Assembly (NCBI GenBank): GCA_965226795.1
Contig: CBDDDZ010000005.1
Coordinates: 64,001-128,000 of the forward strand
DNA length: 64,000 nt
Source: Candidatus Latescibacterota bacterium
GTDB lineage: Bacteria > Latescibacterota > UBA2968 > GCA-2709665
Direction: 5' to 3'
A program made the translations under genes and the position numbers. The notes beneath the pieces are model-generated. The model was not told the DNA's origin, searched no databases, and saw only the letters and a list, made by a program, of their open reading frames with translations. Positions 52,201 through 60,936 of the stretch are shown here, piece after piece (the first letter of the stretch is position 1; the number at the start of each line of letters is the position of its first letter).

Positions 52201-52849
52201 AGTTCGTCATCGCGGAGTGGTAGATCGGCAGGAAGAAGCCGAAGTCCGGATTCTGGTTGGAACGGCTGCTGCCGATCAGGCCGAATGCAAAGGGCATGCT
52301 GTTGTGGGAGGATTTGAGCGTGATGTGGTGGGTGAGTTCGTGGGTGAAGACGTCGCGTACCCAATCGTGGGTGCCTCGCGAGTCCCAGTTCAGCGGCGAG
52401 GCCCCGAATGTGATGACGTTGCCCAGATAGAAAGAGGATGCGTTACCCAGAATATCTATATCGGAAACGAGCACATGAATCGGGGCATATCTTTCTATGG
52501 AGCCCGGGTAGTGGCTGGAAATTTTCTCGAACGTGTCGTCTGCGATCTCCGCAATGCGACGGGCCGTATTCTCGGCTTCGGCGTAATAGATGGCGAAGTA
52601 CCTGGTGCGGATTGCCCGGGCGCCGGGCACACGAAGGCCGAGCAGGGTGGGAAAGAAATGCTGCTCGTGTCTATCCCAGGTGTAGTCGGGCATGGTGCGG
52701 TTCAACGGCACGTCGGCAATGTCGACGGTGGGACCGCGTTTGAACTTTTTGGGGATCTGCTGGGCGTCGGAGGGGAAGAGTACACCGGACGAAAAAGCGA
52801 TCAATATCGCGCTGAAAAGGCTGATGGAAAGGAACGTGGATCGGTTCAC
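49283..52849 (-). CDS. Outer-membrane protein: gluzincin domain + TolB-like (PD40) propeller + C-terminal beta-barrel
   Basis: Signal peptide after GTG 52849; HELTH...WFAEGIA; repeated PxFSPDG/PxWS; LGGIGTLRGYP Omp85-like loop motif. Confidence 0.8.
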   Translation of the reverse strand: MNRSTFLSISLFSAILIAFSSGVLFPSDAQQIPKKFKRGPTVDIADVPLNRTMPDYTWDRHEQHFFPTLLGLRVPGARAIRTRYFAIYYAEAENTARRIAEIADDTFEKISSHYPGSIERYAPIHVLVSDIDILGNASSFYLGNVITFGASPLNWDSRGTHDWVRDVFTHELTHHITLKSSHNSMPFAFGLIGSSRSNQNPDFGFFLPIYHSAMTNWFAEGIAQFEAGKYGDDRWDTHRDMILRMATLENDLLSYTDMGVFGKDGFKSEQVYNQGYAFLNYLAETYGPDSVRAMSRDRPIVNFKSAVKKSTGISAPRLYDEWTEHLDRRYGAMADSIRASGQREGELLTDRGDVEHFPTFSPDGTKMAFISNEGSDYAIMEMLVMDLTTRKLTKVARSRKYGKYVNLPFSWTPDGNSLVYSKSVGGNWDIFVYDLIARKERRLTVGLRGRDPAVSPDGTKIAFVGNRDGTSNLGILNIDGTEVRYLTNNNNGTQYYTPRWSEDASRLLFSIFRGEDRDIAVINADATPRPKKTDKKKTEKIELAERIAARKKAETEVDSAQAEADSLALAEAALRDSMVAFPDSLAFANNAGFEVIINTTADERDPVWLPGGGGILYASDRTGIFNVYAFDLATGRQEQLTNVIGGAFSPSVSPRGDEILYSGYQAANYNIYSIRKSDAVAAAPADSLTRDYSSIYKGKKIGDLFNTGRYTPRLTSIGVVPIVVLGPTFIGNRFGLDQLSAGAEAAWGDLLGSDNIYAGFTVGKNLKKGVDLNSNFSAFYTKGLPAVHTEDRTYAPRIYIGASQQTINSLIDRGIVNSRRDTTSGTLQIVIDDTLRLVPGVTNFTNLSLTEEDRYKNLFKDFVVGVETSVGRRQVLSLSYGHRRYQESTHIEQVILDSTRLVQNRNGEITDITDQIPGLGEDEVVFDDFLYRDLSFFKSNDLAVGWRYLNFLPAKDTFVNPSRGRAITLRYRRINATVADSLFETQLNPDGVAAPTFRSDQTKLGINEYIVSWNEFIGLPGRSTLALQAFVAYKDKPIKDVQENTTSAEGVFYYPLRYYLGGIGTLRGYPYFSSSGGKALLARASLTFPIFKNAAKELPPFHFDKIYGTVFVETGATGNFESLRALLDSDDRFKRSAFLTDWGFELRMQVFNNYRLPMYGYFQIAFPTRHRIQGVDIDKSRIYFGLTI

Positions 52850-53009
52850 AATTGCTTCTCCTGGACTTCGGTGGTGGGATTGGACGGCCGTCGGGAAGTT
52901 GAACGATGCGCCAGGGCGCGGGTCGACAACCCTGTCTTGCTCGCGCCGGTCACGGTTCGGCCGCAAAGTTACATAATTAGACTTCCAAAGGCAACGAACG
53001 GTTCCAAGA

Positions 53010-53999
53010 TCATGCCGTAGGGAGGTGCTGACGGGTCCGAAGGATACAGGCGACGCTGTGGTTTCCGCCAATTTCAAGCAGTTCGGGCACGATCTTTGTG
53101 CAGGCGTCTTCGCGCTCCGGGCAGCGGGGGTGAAAGGGGCAGCCTTGAGGCACATTCGACGGGCTGGGTACGTCGCCGGTGAGTACCGTGCGTTGTTTTT
53201 TGATACGCGGGTCGGGCACGGGAACGGCCGAGAGCAGGGCGCGGGTATACGGGTGTTGAGGATCGCTGCAGAGGGTGTGGCTGTCCGTGATTTCCACGAT
53301 ACGCCCCAGGTACATCACCGCGATGCGGTTGGAGATGTGTCTGACAACGCTCAGGTCGTGCGCGACGAACAGAAAGGTAAGGCCGAACCGGGCTTGAAGA
53401 TCCTGGAGAAGATTGATGATTTGCGCCTGAATAGACACATCCAGGGCGGAGACGGGTTCGTCCGCAACGATAAATTCCGGATTCACGGCCAGGGCCCGCG
53501 AAATGCCGATGCGCTGGCGCTGGCCTCCGCTGAATTCGTGGGGATACCGGCGGGCGTGGTCGGGACGGAGGCCCACCGTGTCGAGAAGTTCGGCCACCCG
53601 CTCCCGCGTATTGTTGCGATCGGTGAGTTTGTGGATTTTTAGCGCTTCGGCCAGCATCCCCCCCACGGTCATTCGGGGGTTCAGCGAACTGTAGGGGTCC
53701 TGGAAGATGATCTGCATACGGCGCCTTACGGCGCGAAGTTCGGAGCGGTTCAGGCTGAAGACGTCGACTCCGTTGAACAGCACGCGACCCGCGGTGGCCT
53801 CGATGAGCCGGAGGATCGTTCTTCCGGCGGTGGTTTTGCCGCAACCGGATTCTCCCACCAGACCCAGGGTTTCGCCTCGTTGAACGCTGAACGAAACCCC
53901 GTCTACAGCCTTCACGTAACCGACGGTCCGGGAAAAAACTCCGCGGGTGATGGGGAAGTGTTTTTTGAGGCCGTGGACTTCGAGCAGTGGCTTGGACAT
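53010..53999 (-). CDS. oppF: Oligopeptide ABC transporter ATP-binding protein
   Basis: [40 protein letters not shown]. Confidence 0.95.
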   Translation of the reverse strand: MSKPLLEVHGLKKHFPITRGVFSRTVGYVKAVDGVSFSVQRGETLGLVGESGCGKTTAGRTILRLIEATAGRVLFNGVDVFSLNRSELRAVRRRMQIIFQDPYSSLNPRMTVGGMLAEALKIHKLTDRNNTRERVAELLDTVGLRPDHARRYPHEFSGGQRQRIGISRALAVNPEFIVADEPVSALDVSIQAQIINLLQDLQARFGLTFLFVAHDLSVVRHISNRIAVMYLGRIVEITDSHTLCSDPQHPYTRALLSAVPVPDPRIKKQRTVLTGDVPSPSNVPQGCPFHPRCPEREDACTKIVPELLEIGGNHSVACILRTRQHLPTA

Positions 54000-54009
54000 A
54001 TCGATCCGA

Positions 54010-54999
54010 TCACGTCGCGGGAGAGGGATAATCTTCGACCATCCAGCAGGCCACGAGGCGGTTACCGGCGGTCGGTTCCAGGCGAGGCTCGTCCGTTTCA
54101 CATATGTTCTCGGCAAACGAACACCGTGGCGCGAACCGGCACCCGGAAGGGAAGCGCGTGGCGTCGGGAACGGTCCCGGGAATAACGGATAGCCGGTCTT
54201 TTTCTTCGTTGAGTGAGGGTATGGATTCCAGCAGCCCCTTTGTATAGGGGTGCTGGGGGCTGGCGAAGATTTCGCCCACGGTTCCGGTTTCCACGATCTT
54301 TCCGGCGTACATGACCGCCACGCGATCCGCGACCTCAGCGATGACGCCGAGATCGTGCGTAATCATCAGGACGGCCATCCCCAATTCTCTTTGAAGCCGG
54401 TCCAGAAGTTCCAGAATCTGGGCCTGAATGGTCACGTCCAGCGCCGTGGTGGGCTCGTCGGCGATGAGCAGTTCCGGATTGCAGGAGAGGGCAATGGCAA
54501 TCATCACCCGCTGGCGCATGCCGCCGGAAAGCTGGTGAGGATATTCGTTTGCCCGTTGTCCGGGATCCGGAATGCCGACCAGGTCGAGCATGTCCACGGT
54601 CCTGGCCCGAGCGGCGCCCTTGCCAAGACGCTGGTGGAGCATGACGGCTTCGTCAATTTGGTCGCCGCAGGTGAAAACCGGGTTGAGGCTTGTCATCGGC
54701 TCCTGGAAAATCATCGCGATGTCGTTGCCTCTTACACGCTGGAGTGCGGTTTCGTCCAGACTCAGCAGATTCCGTCCGTTGAACCGGATCTCCCCCGAGA
54801 CAATTTCACCCGGCGGTTCGGGTATCAAACGCATCAGGGACAGAGACGTAACGCTCTTGCCGCATCCGGACTCTCCCACCAGTCCCAGTGTTTCCCCCTT
54901 TTTGAGGGTGAAGGAGACCCCATCCACGGCTTTGGCGACCCCGCCGTCCGTATGGAAATACGTCGTTAGTTCTTCGACGGTTAATAGAGGTTCCGACAT
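54010..54999 (-). CDS. oppD: Oligopeptide ABC transporter ATP-binding protein
   Basis: [40 protein letters not shown]. Confidence 0.95.
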   Translation of the reverse strand: MSEPLLTVEELTTYFHTDGGVAKAVDGVSFTLKKGETLGLVGESGCGKSVTSLSLMRLIPEPPGEIVSGEIRFNGRNLLSLDETALQRVRGNDIAMIFQEPMTSLNPVFTCGDQIDEAVMLHQRLGKGAARARTVDMLDLVGIPDPGQRANEYPHQLSGGMRQRVMIAIALSCNPELLIADEPTTALDVTIQAQILELLDRLQRELGMAVLMITHDLGVIAEVADRVAVMYAGKIVETGTVGEIFASPQHPYTKGLLESIPSLNEEKDRLSVIPGTVPDATRFPSGCRFAPRCSFAENICETDEPRLEPTAGNRLVACWMVEDYPSPAT

Positions 55000-55108
55000 T
55001 AAACCGACCATGAGTTGAGCATGCGTTTACTTCGGATGCGCCGCGAAACGGGCCGCCGCGCGTGTTTGAAAGGGACACCGCCGATCGGCAATCAACCGCT
55101 GGGCCGGA

Positions 55109-55852
55109 TCAGAAGAGCGGCGGATTCAGATTCAGCCAGTCTTCCAGTAGAAAATCCACGCGGCCGATCAGCAGGGAGATGCGCGCCATAACGGTATAAC
55201 CGAACGAAGCGCCGAATGAAACCATAAGGAAATATATGCCCACCCTGGAGATGCCGCCGACGACCCCCTTATGCTCGATGGAGAAATAAAAGTAAATGAG
55301 TACACTCACCACGCCGATCAGGATGATCGCCGGGTTCAGGGCAGCCCATCCGAAGTCCGTCGATACCTGCGAAAACGGGCTGATTGTGGGTCCGATCTGC
55401 TCGATGACGAAGGAGGAGACGCGCCGGGGGATGGCCAGGCCGGCGCCGAGCCCCACGAAAAAAGCAAAGGAGATGCGGCTGAGCCAGACTGCCCTGCCGA
55501 AAAAGCGTGTCATCAGAAAAAGACCGAGGCCCGCCGGGACGATCACCCACCAATTGACGCCCGTGTCAGGCGGTGGACGGAAGAGGGGGTTGATGACGTC
55601 CACGAGGATGCTCTGATACCAGACCAGGGCGAGTTCGTAGGCGGCGACAACGCCGACGTAGAGGTGCTCGGCCAGCTTGAAGAGCGGATTATCCCGATAC
55701 AGGAAGCTGTAAAGGGCGAGCGTGATGCCTGCGGCGAGGATAACTCCGAAACCCGACCAGCTTGCATCCAGGCTGCCGACGGCCAGGAGATACCCGTTTA
55801 CGACCGCAAAAAGCAGAATAAGGATCGGGAAGACGATGTGTTCTCTGTCCAT
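55109..55852 (-). CDS. Uncharacterised polytopic membrane protein
   Basis: About 7-8 hydrophobic segments; YSFLYRDNPLFKLAEHLYVG and FGASFGYTVMARISLL. Confidence 0.85.
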   Translation of the reverse strand: MDREHIVFPILILLFAVVNGYLLAVGSLDASWSGFGVILAAGITLALYSFLYRDNPLFKLAEHLYVGVVAAYELALVWYQSILVDVINPLFRPPPDTGVNWWVIVPAGLGLFLMTRFFGRAVWLSRISFAFFVGLGAGLAIPRRVSSFVIEQIGPTISPFSQVSTDFGWAALNPAIILIGVVSVLIYFYFSIEHKGVVGGISRVGIYFLMVSFGASFGYTVMARISLLIGRVDFLLEDWLNLNPPLF

Positions 55853-55864
55853 GCCGGTGTCCTT

Positions 55865-56692
55865 TTACGAGCGTGATGCCCCGCGGTGCAGAAAGTAGAC
55901 GACGTTTCCCAGCAGGATAAATCCGATGATGACCATATGTGCGACGGACTGGGGGCGCATACCGCTGACCGCCTGCGCTCGCTTGCCCACAAGGGTTTCG
56001 TATTCCGCTGCGCCCGCGAGCCCGCCGATGAGTCCGTTGAGCTGCCGGGACTGAAGGAAGGGAAAGAAATCAGGCGCCATCACGGCGGTACAACCGGCGC
56101 CAAGGGGAAACCGGTATCGTTCCTGTCCGTACGCGATCCATTCGTCGACGCCGGGATACCCGGCGGCCAGGTCGACCACGTAGTCGAAATCCTTCAGGGA
56201 GCGAAGATTTCGGGTGAGGGGCATTTCGGTGGTGGCAACACCCCGGATGTCTTCGGAAAACGCGGCGTGCAGATCCTGCCCCATGTTCAGGATCAGGATC
56301 GCACCGCCGGCCTTGAACCCGAGGAACGCATAGTCTGTACCGTTAACCCGTCCGTATTCTTCCGCCGCTGTATCAAACGCCTGCATAGCGAGCCCCACGG
56401 CTTCGGTGATGAGGGTCACGCCCACAACCCGGATGTTCCGGCTGAAGCAGTGTCGCAGAATGGCCAGGGCCATGGGCTGAAGTTCCGGCTGTGAACTCGG
56501 GCCGTAGTCGAAGGAGATGAGCACGACGGCATCCGACTTTCCTGCCAGGCCCTCCACGGTGTCGTAAACTGCGCGCACGTTGGGCGTGGCTTTGATGGGC
56601 AGTTCGAAGCCGATAAGCAGAGGAATACATACAGCCAGAAAGACGGCCAGGTAGATGATACGACGGTCGATGTTCAGAAGGCGTTCGATCAT
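55865..56692 (-). CDS. Uncharacterised membrane-anchored alpha/beta protein
   Basis: N- and C-terminal TM segments around a soluble domain (SFDYGPSSQPEL, GLAGAAEYE); ATGA overlap with upstream gene. Confidence 0.85.
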   Translation of the reverse strand: MIERLLNIDRRIIYLAVFLAVCIPLLIGFELPIKATPNVRAVYDTVEGLAGKSDAVVLISFDYGPSSQPELQPMALAILRHCFSRNIRVVGVTLITEAVGLAMQAFDTAAEEYGRVNGTDYAFLGFKAGGAILILNMGQDLHAAFSEDIRGVATTEMPLTRNLRSLKDFDYVVDLAAGYPGVDEWIAYGQERYRFPLGAGCTAVMAPDFFPFLQSRQLNGLIGGLAGAAEYETLVGKRAQAVSGMRPQSVAHMVIIGFILLGNVVYFLHRGASRS

Positions 56693-57345
56693 TGTCCTTT
56701 CTCTCCGAGATAGGATCTTTCGATGCCGAAGATGATGCGCAGGGCCGTCGCGATGGCGCCGAGGCTCACGCCCAGCAGGATGCCGCGGCGGGCGGCCAGG
56801 TTGGGAGTGGCCATCAGCCACTGGGACACGGTGGGCAGGTGTTCCGAGATGAGCGCGCCGATGGGTACCCGGCCCATCATGACGAGCAAGGCGGCAATAA
56901 GGAGCACAACGGCCTCGGCCGAACGGGCGCGGAACGTGCGGTAGGCGGCGGAAGCGATAAAGAAGGCGAGGAGAGAGAACATGGTGGCCCCGCCGGCCAC
57001 GTGGATGTGGGTATACATCCAGTTAAGGTCCAGGCCATCGCCCTGCGCCATTGGCTGCAGGGGTCCATGTCCGTTGTTGTAGGCGGCCAGTATTGCCGTG
57101 ACGATAAATCCGATGTACACAACGGCGCTGAAAGCCCACCCGGCCTGTTTGCGTTTGACCCGGTTCCCATGCATCTGCAACAGGCTGTGGATACCCAGGA
57201 ACAGGGCGAAGGCGGCGATGATTCGGTACCAGGTGGAGGTTGTAATCTCAACCGGCTGGGCAACCGGAATATAGTAGGTGAAAATGCCGATCATACCCGC
57301 TGCAAAGGCCACGAGCAGCGGAAGGGTGCGTTGGAGGAAATACAT
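56689..57345 (-). CDS. Uncharacterised polytopic membrane protein
   Basis: About 6 TM segments; ATMFSLLAFFIASAAYRTFRARS, PNLAARRGI. Confidence 0.85.
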   Translation of the reverse strand: MYFLQRTLPLLVAFAAGMIGIFTYYIPVAQPVEITTSTWYRIIAAFALFLGIHSLLQMHGNRVKRKQAGWAFSAVVYIGFIVTAILAAYNNGHGPLQPMAQGDGLDLNWMYTHIHVAGGATMFSLLAFFIASAAYRTFRARSAEAVVLLIAALLVMMGRVPIGALISEHLPTVSQWLMATPNLAARRGILLGVSLGAIATALRIIFGIERSYLGEKGQ

Positions 57346-57399
57346 TCGGTTTTCTCCGTGCGAAATGGGGTCTTGAACGTGGGCGTTTTGCCGACGTCG

Positions 57400-58584
57400 T
57401 CAGCCAAGGATCGGCCAGAAGCCGATACCGGCCAGTACCGAACCGAGCACCAGAATAAGAATCAGGATTGCCTTCCCCAGGTCCTGTCCCTTCAGGCTTC
57501 CCAGAAGCTTTGGGTCTCTGGAGAGATAGGCGCTGGCGGCGTAGAGTTCCTCCCCCATCAGGGTATAGTCGCAGGTCGTGATAAAGAACGGAAGCTGTGT
57601 ATAGGCATCGGTTGCGGCGATCTGGATGGCGCCGGTCGTGGAGCCGGTTTCCGCCAGGAGCAGGGCTTCGGCGTAGAAATAACCGATCAGAAGATTGGCT
57701 GCCGGCTTCTCACGCACCATCAGGCCCTCCAGCGCGGCCGCGTAGCTGAACTGATCCGCAGCCGCCAGAAAGACGTTGTCCGGGTTGAACGCGTCCGGTC
57801 GCCCGGCCTCGATGCAGGATTCCTTGACCACTTCCTGGCTCACGGACATGACAATCGGATCCCGGTTACCCACCTTGAGCTGAGTATCGTATTGGGCGGT
57901 TCTTTTCGCCACCTGGCCGAGAATATTCACGGCGGCAATGGTGGAGGGGCTGCCCATGTCCTGCAGCCCGTGGATGAAAAGCACCGGCTTTCCCATTTCG
58001 GTTGCCCGGCCGAGGGCTTCGTCCAGAGCGTCCAGGCCGGCCAGCCGGCGGATATAGAGACTCTTGCGGCGGGCAAGCCGGATATAGGCGAGGATCATAA
58101 TGGAGAAGAGCACGGCCAGTACGAAATTTGGGAGCTTGGTCCAGTCGAAAAAGTTGCCGCTGGCCTGGGCCTCGACAACAGCGTGGCCCACACCCTGGAT
58201 TCCGAGGCGAACGAAAAAGGGCCGGTTGTTTTCGAGCCTGATCCGATCCGGTCTCTCCGGAACGCGGTAGGATTCAATATGGACGAAGTGACGGTTGCGG
58301 CTCTCCTCACCCCTGCCGAACGTGGCCGGCTCGTCGGCCATCGTCGGAGCCGTTTTCGGGTCCAGTTCCACGACGTCATAAAAGGGTCCGTCCACCGATT
58401 CGGAGACGCTGATACGATAGCGCGCGCTGTCCGGCAGGAAGTCGATCCGCCGCCAGGTGAGCGTGATGCTGTATCCCTGGTCGTTGGCCGTGTCGAAAGC
58501 CCGAACGTCGGCGAGCACCTGGTCTGCCGCGGCGGCAGGCGAAGCAGCGATGGCAAGAGCGAAGAAGAGAGATAGATACGCCAT
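57400..58584 (-). CDS. DUF6754-like protein with signal peptide and FN3-like N-terminal domain
   Basis: Signal peptide, SITLTW beta-sandwich, TM, then IRRLAGLDALDEALGRATEMG...QLPFFITTCDYTLMGEELYAASAY. Confidence 0.8.
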   Translation of the reverse strand: MAYLSLFFALAIAASPAAAADQVLADVRAFDTANDQGYSITLTWRRIDFLPDSARYRISVSESVDGPFYDVVELDPKTAPTMADEPATFGRGEESRNRHFVHIESYRVPERPDRIRLENNRPFFVRLGIQGVGHAVVEAQASGNFFDWTKLPNFVLAVLFSIMILAYIRLARRKSLYIRRLAGLDALDEALGRATEMGKPVLFIHGLQDMGSPSTIAAVNILGQVAKRTAQYDTQLKVGNRDPIVMSVSQEVVKESCIEAGRPDAFNPDNVFLAAADQFSYAAALEGLMVREKPAANLLIGYFYAEALLLAETGSTTGAIQIAATDAYTQLPFFITTCDYTLMGEELYAASAYLSRDPKLLGSLKGQDLGKAILILILVLGSVLAGIGFWPILG

Positions 58585-58665
58585 TGCGTGTCTCCTGGCG
58601 GCCCTATTCAGGCGCGCCGGATTCGTTGGGGCAAGGATGGAAGTGGCGATCGGGCACCGGATACA

Positions 58666-59787
58666 TTACGCTTCGATCCTTTCGGCGTTTGCGCGGGGTA
58701 TCACGGCCTGTTGTCCGTTCTCGAACCGGACTTCCAGGACGCGTACCCGGATTTCCGATTCAACGACCGCCAGTTCGGAAGGCAGGGCGGTGATCACACC
58801 GGTTTTTCCAAAATATGGCGCCCGGATCGTTCGGATCGGATCTCCGACGGAGAGGCCTTCCCGGTCGACTGAATCCTCGGCAGCGGCCGAACCTCCCGGG
58901 TCGGGAACGATGATTTCCGGACGAAGCACGCCGGCGCGGATCTGGGTTGCGCCCGAGATCGAAGCCTCGTCGCCGTTCCTTTCGTTAAGGATGTCGAAGG
59001 TCTTCCGAGCCATGGCGATGTCGCCGAATCCTTCGGTGACCACGACGGTGAGGCCGATTTCCTCGGTGCCGGTAATGGCCACGCCGAGGTCGTAACCCAG
59101 CAGGCTCCGCAGGTCGTGGTCGCGAATGCCCCCGCCAATGAGGCCGGCCGCTCCGGTTTCCCGCGCTTTCCGGATGAGATCGAGGGTAACGAGGCCCCCG
59201 GCGACGAGAATTTTTCCAGCACAGGAGGCGTCGATTCGATCTTCCGGGAGCCGCTCGTCGGGGGTAGCGGCAAGCGTACGGATCGCACCCCAGCTTTCGC
59301 CGCCAATGCCGAAAATGCCCTGAAGAAAGGCGCCGGCGGTTTCAACTACGACCCCCTGGCCGGGAATGGTTTCCACAACGGTGCCGTCCACGTAGGCCCG
59401 TACCTGTACGGGACGGGGCGGGCCGCGCAGGATAACTTGGCCGGTAACAGGCGATACGCTTTCCACTGTGCCCGTGACGGGCGACTCCACCGTGGTTTTG
59501 AACCACCGGATGAACGGTCTGGTCTCGGCAATGGGTTCCCCGGCCTGGACCGGTTCTCCGTCCTTCTTGAGCATCAAGGTCGGGAGTTCGTCGGGGGTGA
59601 CGCTCAGCCTGTTGACCAGGTTCAGGATGGTCACGTCGCCCGGCAGATCCGTCCGGGCCACGACCTGGTCGCGCTGTACAGATTCACCTTCCGAAACCAG
59701 CACCTCTCCGGTGAGTGGCAGCTGACGTCTCTTCCGTATGGTTGCCCTGCGGGTGACGCGCAGGCCGGGGGTGTAAGTATGCGCCAT
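58666..59787 (-). CDS. Uncharacterised soluble protein (barrel-sandwich hybrid + alpha/beta + KOW-like)
   Basis: VSEGESV, GEPVQAGEPIA, SPVTGTV; GKILVAGG...GAAGLIGGG; VGDPIRTIRAPYFGKTG; start MAHTYTPG. Confidence 0.85.
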   Translation of the reverse strand: MAHTYTPGLRVTRRATIRKRRQLPLTGEVLVSEGESVQRDQVVARTDLPGDVTILNLVNRLSVTPDELPTLMLKKDGEPVQAGEPIAETRPFIRWFKTTVESPVTGTVESVSPVTGQVILRGPPRPVQVRAYVDGTVVETIPGQGVVVETAGAFLQGIFGIGGESWGAIRTLAATPDERLPEDRIDASCAGKILVAGGLVTLDLIRKARETGAAGLIGGGIRDHDLRSLLGYDLGVAITGTEEIGLTVVVTEGFGDIAMARKTFDILNERNGDEASISGATQIRAGVLRPEIIVPDPGGSAAAEDSVDREGLSVGDPIRTIRAPYFGKTGVITALPSELAVVESEIRVRVLEVRFENGQQAVIPRANAERIEA

Positions 59788-59861
59788 TGGTTCAGAATTC
59801 CGTAAGGGTCCTTCCGCCTTATAGTCGCGCCGGCGGCGACCATTGGCGGGTGGCCATGCTC

Positions 59862-60932
59862 TCAGATTTTCATTTTTGGATCCAGGGCGTCCCGCAGGCC
59901 GTCGCCAAGCAGGTTGTAGAGGGTTACGGTGATAAAGATGGCAAATCCGGGTACGATAACCAGCCACCAGGCCGCGGTATTGTTCCGGGCGCCCGCGAGG
60001 ATCGCACCCCAGGTGATGGCCTCGGCAGGTACGCCGATGCCGAGAAAGCTGAGGCCGGATTCGGCCAGAATGGCGCCCGCCACCCCGAACGCCGCCGGGA
60101 TGAGTACGGGCGCGATGGCGTTGGGCAGAATGTGGATGAACATGATCCGGCCGCTGGAATATCCCAGACTCCTGGCCGCCGAAACAAAGTCGTAGCTTCT
60201 CACCTGCAGGAATTGCGACCGGGTGAGCCGGGCGATCCCGACCCAGCCGGTGAAGCCGAGGATCATCATCACGAAAAAGAGGCTGGGCGGGAAAAACGCG
60301 GCGACCGTAATAATCAGAAAGAGGGCGGGGATGGCGGCCCAGAGCTCGAACAGACGGGAGAGAATCAGATCGGGCCAGCCCCCGAAATAACCCGCCAACG
60401 CGCCAAGTGAGACGCCGATAATCATCGAGATCGCTACCGAGACCAGCCCGATGGTGAGCGCGTAACGGGTTCCGTGGATCAGCCCTGAAAGTACGTCGCG
60501 GCCCAGTCGATCCGTACCCAGAAAATGCGTCGTGCCGGGCGGTTCGTACTTCTCGCTGAGATTAACGTCGCTGGGACCATAGGGGACGGGCGGGAAAATG
60601 GCGTATTCGGAGTTCAGGCGCTTGAAGTTCCTCCTTCTCCTGAGCGGCTGCTGCCAGTCGGCCAGCCGGAGATAGACGGCGTACTGACGAAAAGCGGGGA
60701 AATAGGTCTTGCCCCCGTATTTCATAAAGTAGGGTTTGTTGCCCGCGAGAAAATCCGCGAACATCGCCGTGAGCGCCAGAACGCCGATCGCCGCCAGGCT
60801 GACAAGGGCCGGGCGATTTCTTCTGAACTGCTGCCAGACCAGCTTTGAATAGGTCTGGCTCTCCTGGACTGCCTCGGGTTCGGGCGTTCCAGCGTCCGCT
60901 TCGGTGAGGTCGCGCGTGGGAGTGGCGGCCAT
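59862..60932 (-). CDS. oppC: Oligopeptide ABC permease
   Basis: HFLGTDRLGRD, EAA-loop-like FVSAARSLG, HILPN, LGDGLRDALDP. Confidence 0.95.
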   Translation of the reverse strand: MAATPTRDLTEADAGTPEPEAVQESQTYSKLVWQQFRRNRPALVSLAAIGVLALTAMFADFLAGNKPYFMKYGGKTYFPAFRQYAVYLRLADWQQPLRRRRNFKRLNSEYAIFPPVPYGPSDVNLSEKYEPPGTTHFLGTDRLGRDVLSGLIHGTRYALTIGLVSVAISMIIGVSLGALAGYFGGWPDLILSRLFELWAAIPALFLIITVAAFFPPSLFFVMMILGFTGWVGIARLTRSQFLQVRSYDFVSAARSLGYSSGRIMFIHILPNAIAPVLIPAAFGVAGAILAESGLSFLGIGVPAEAITWGAILAGARNNTAAWWLVIVPGFAIFITVTLYNLLGDGLRDALDPKMKI

Positions 60933-60936
60933 AAAT

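Noticed and set aside
56692..58575. Long plus-strand ORFs (627 aa here; also 46798-48249, 51782-53020, 42292-43374, 8692-9681)
   Set aside because: Antisense shadows of well-supported minus-strand genes in GC-rich DNA, with no recognisable motifs.
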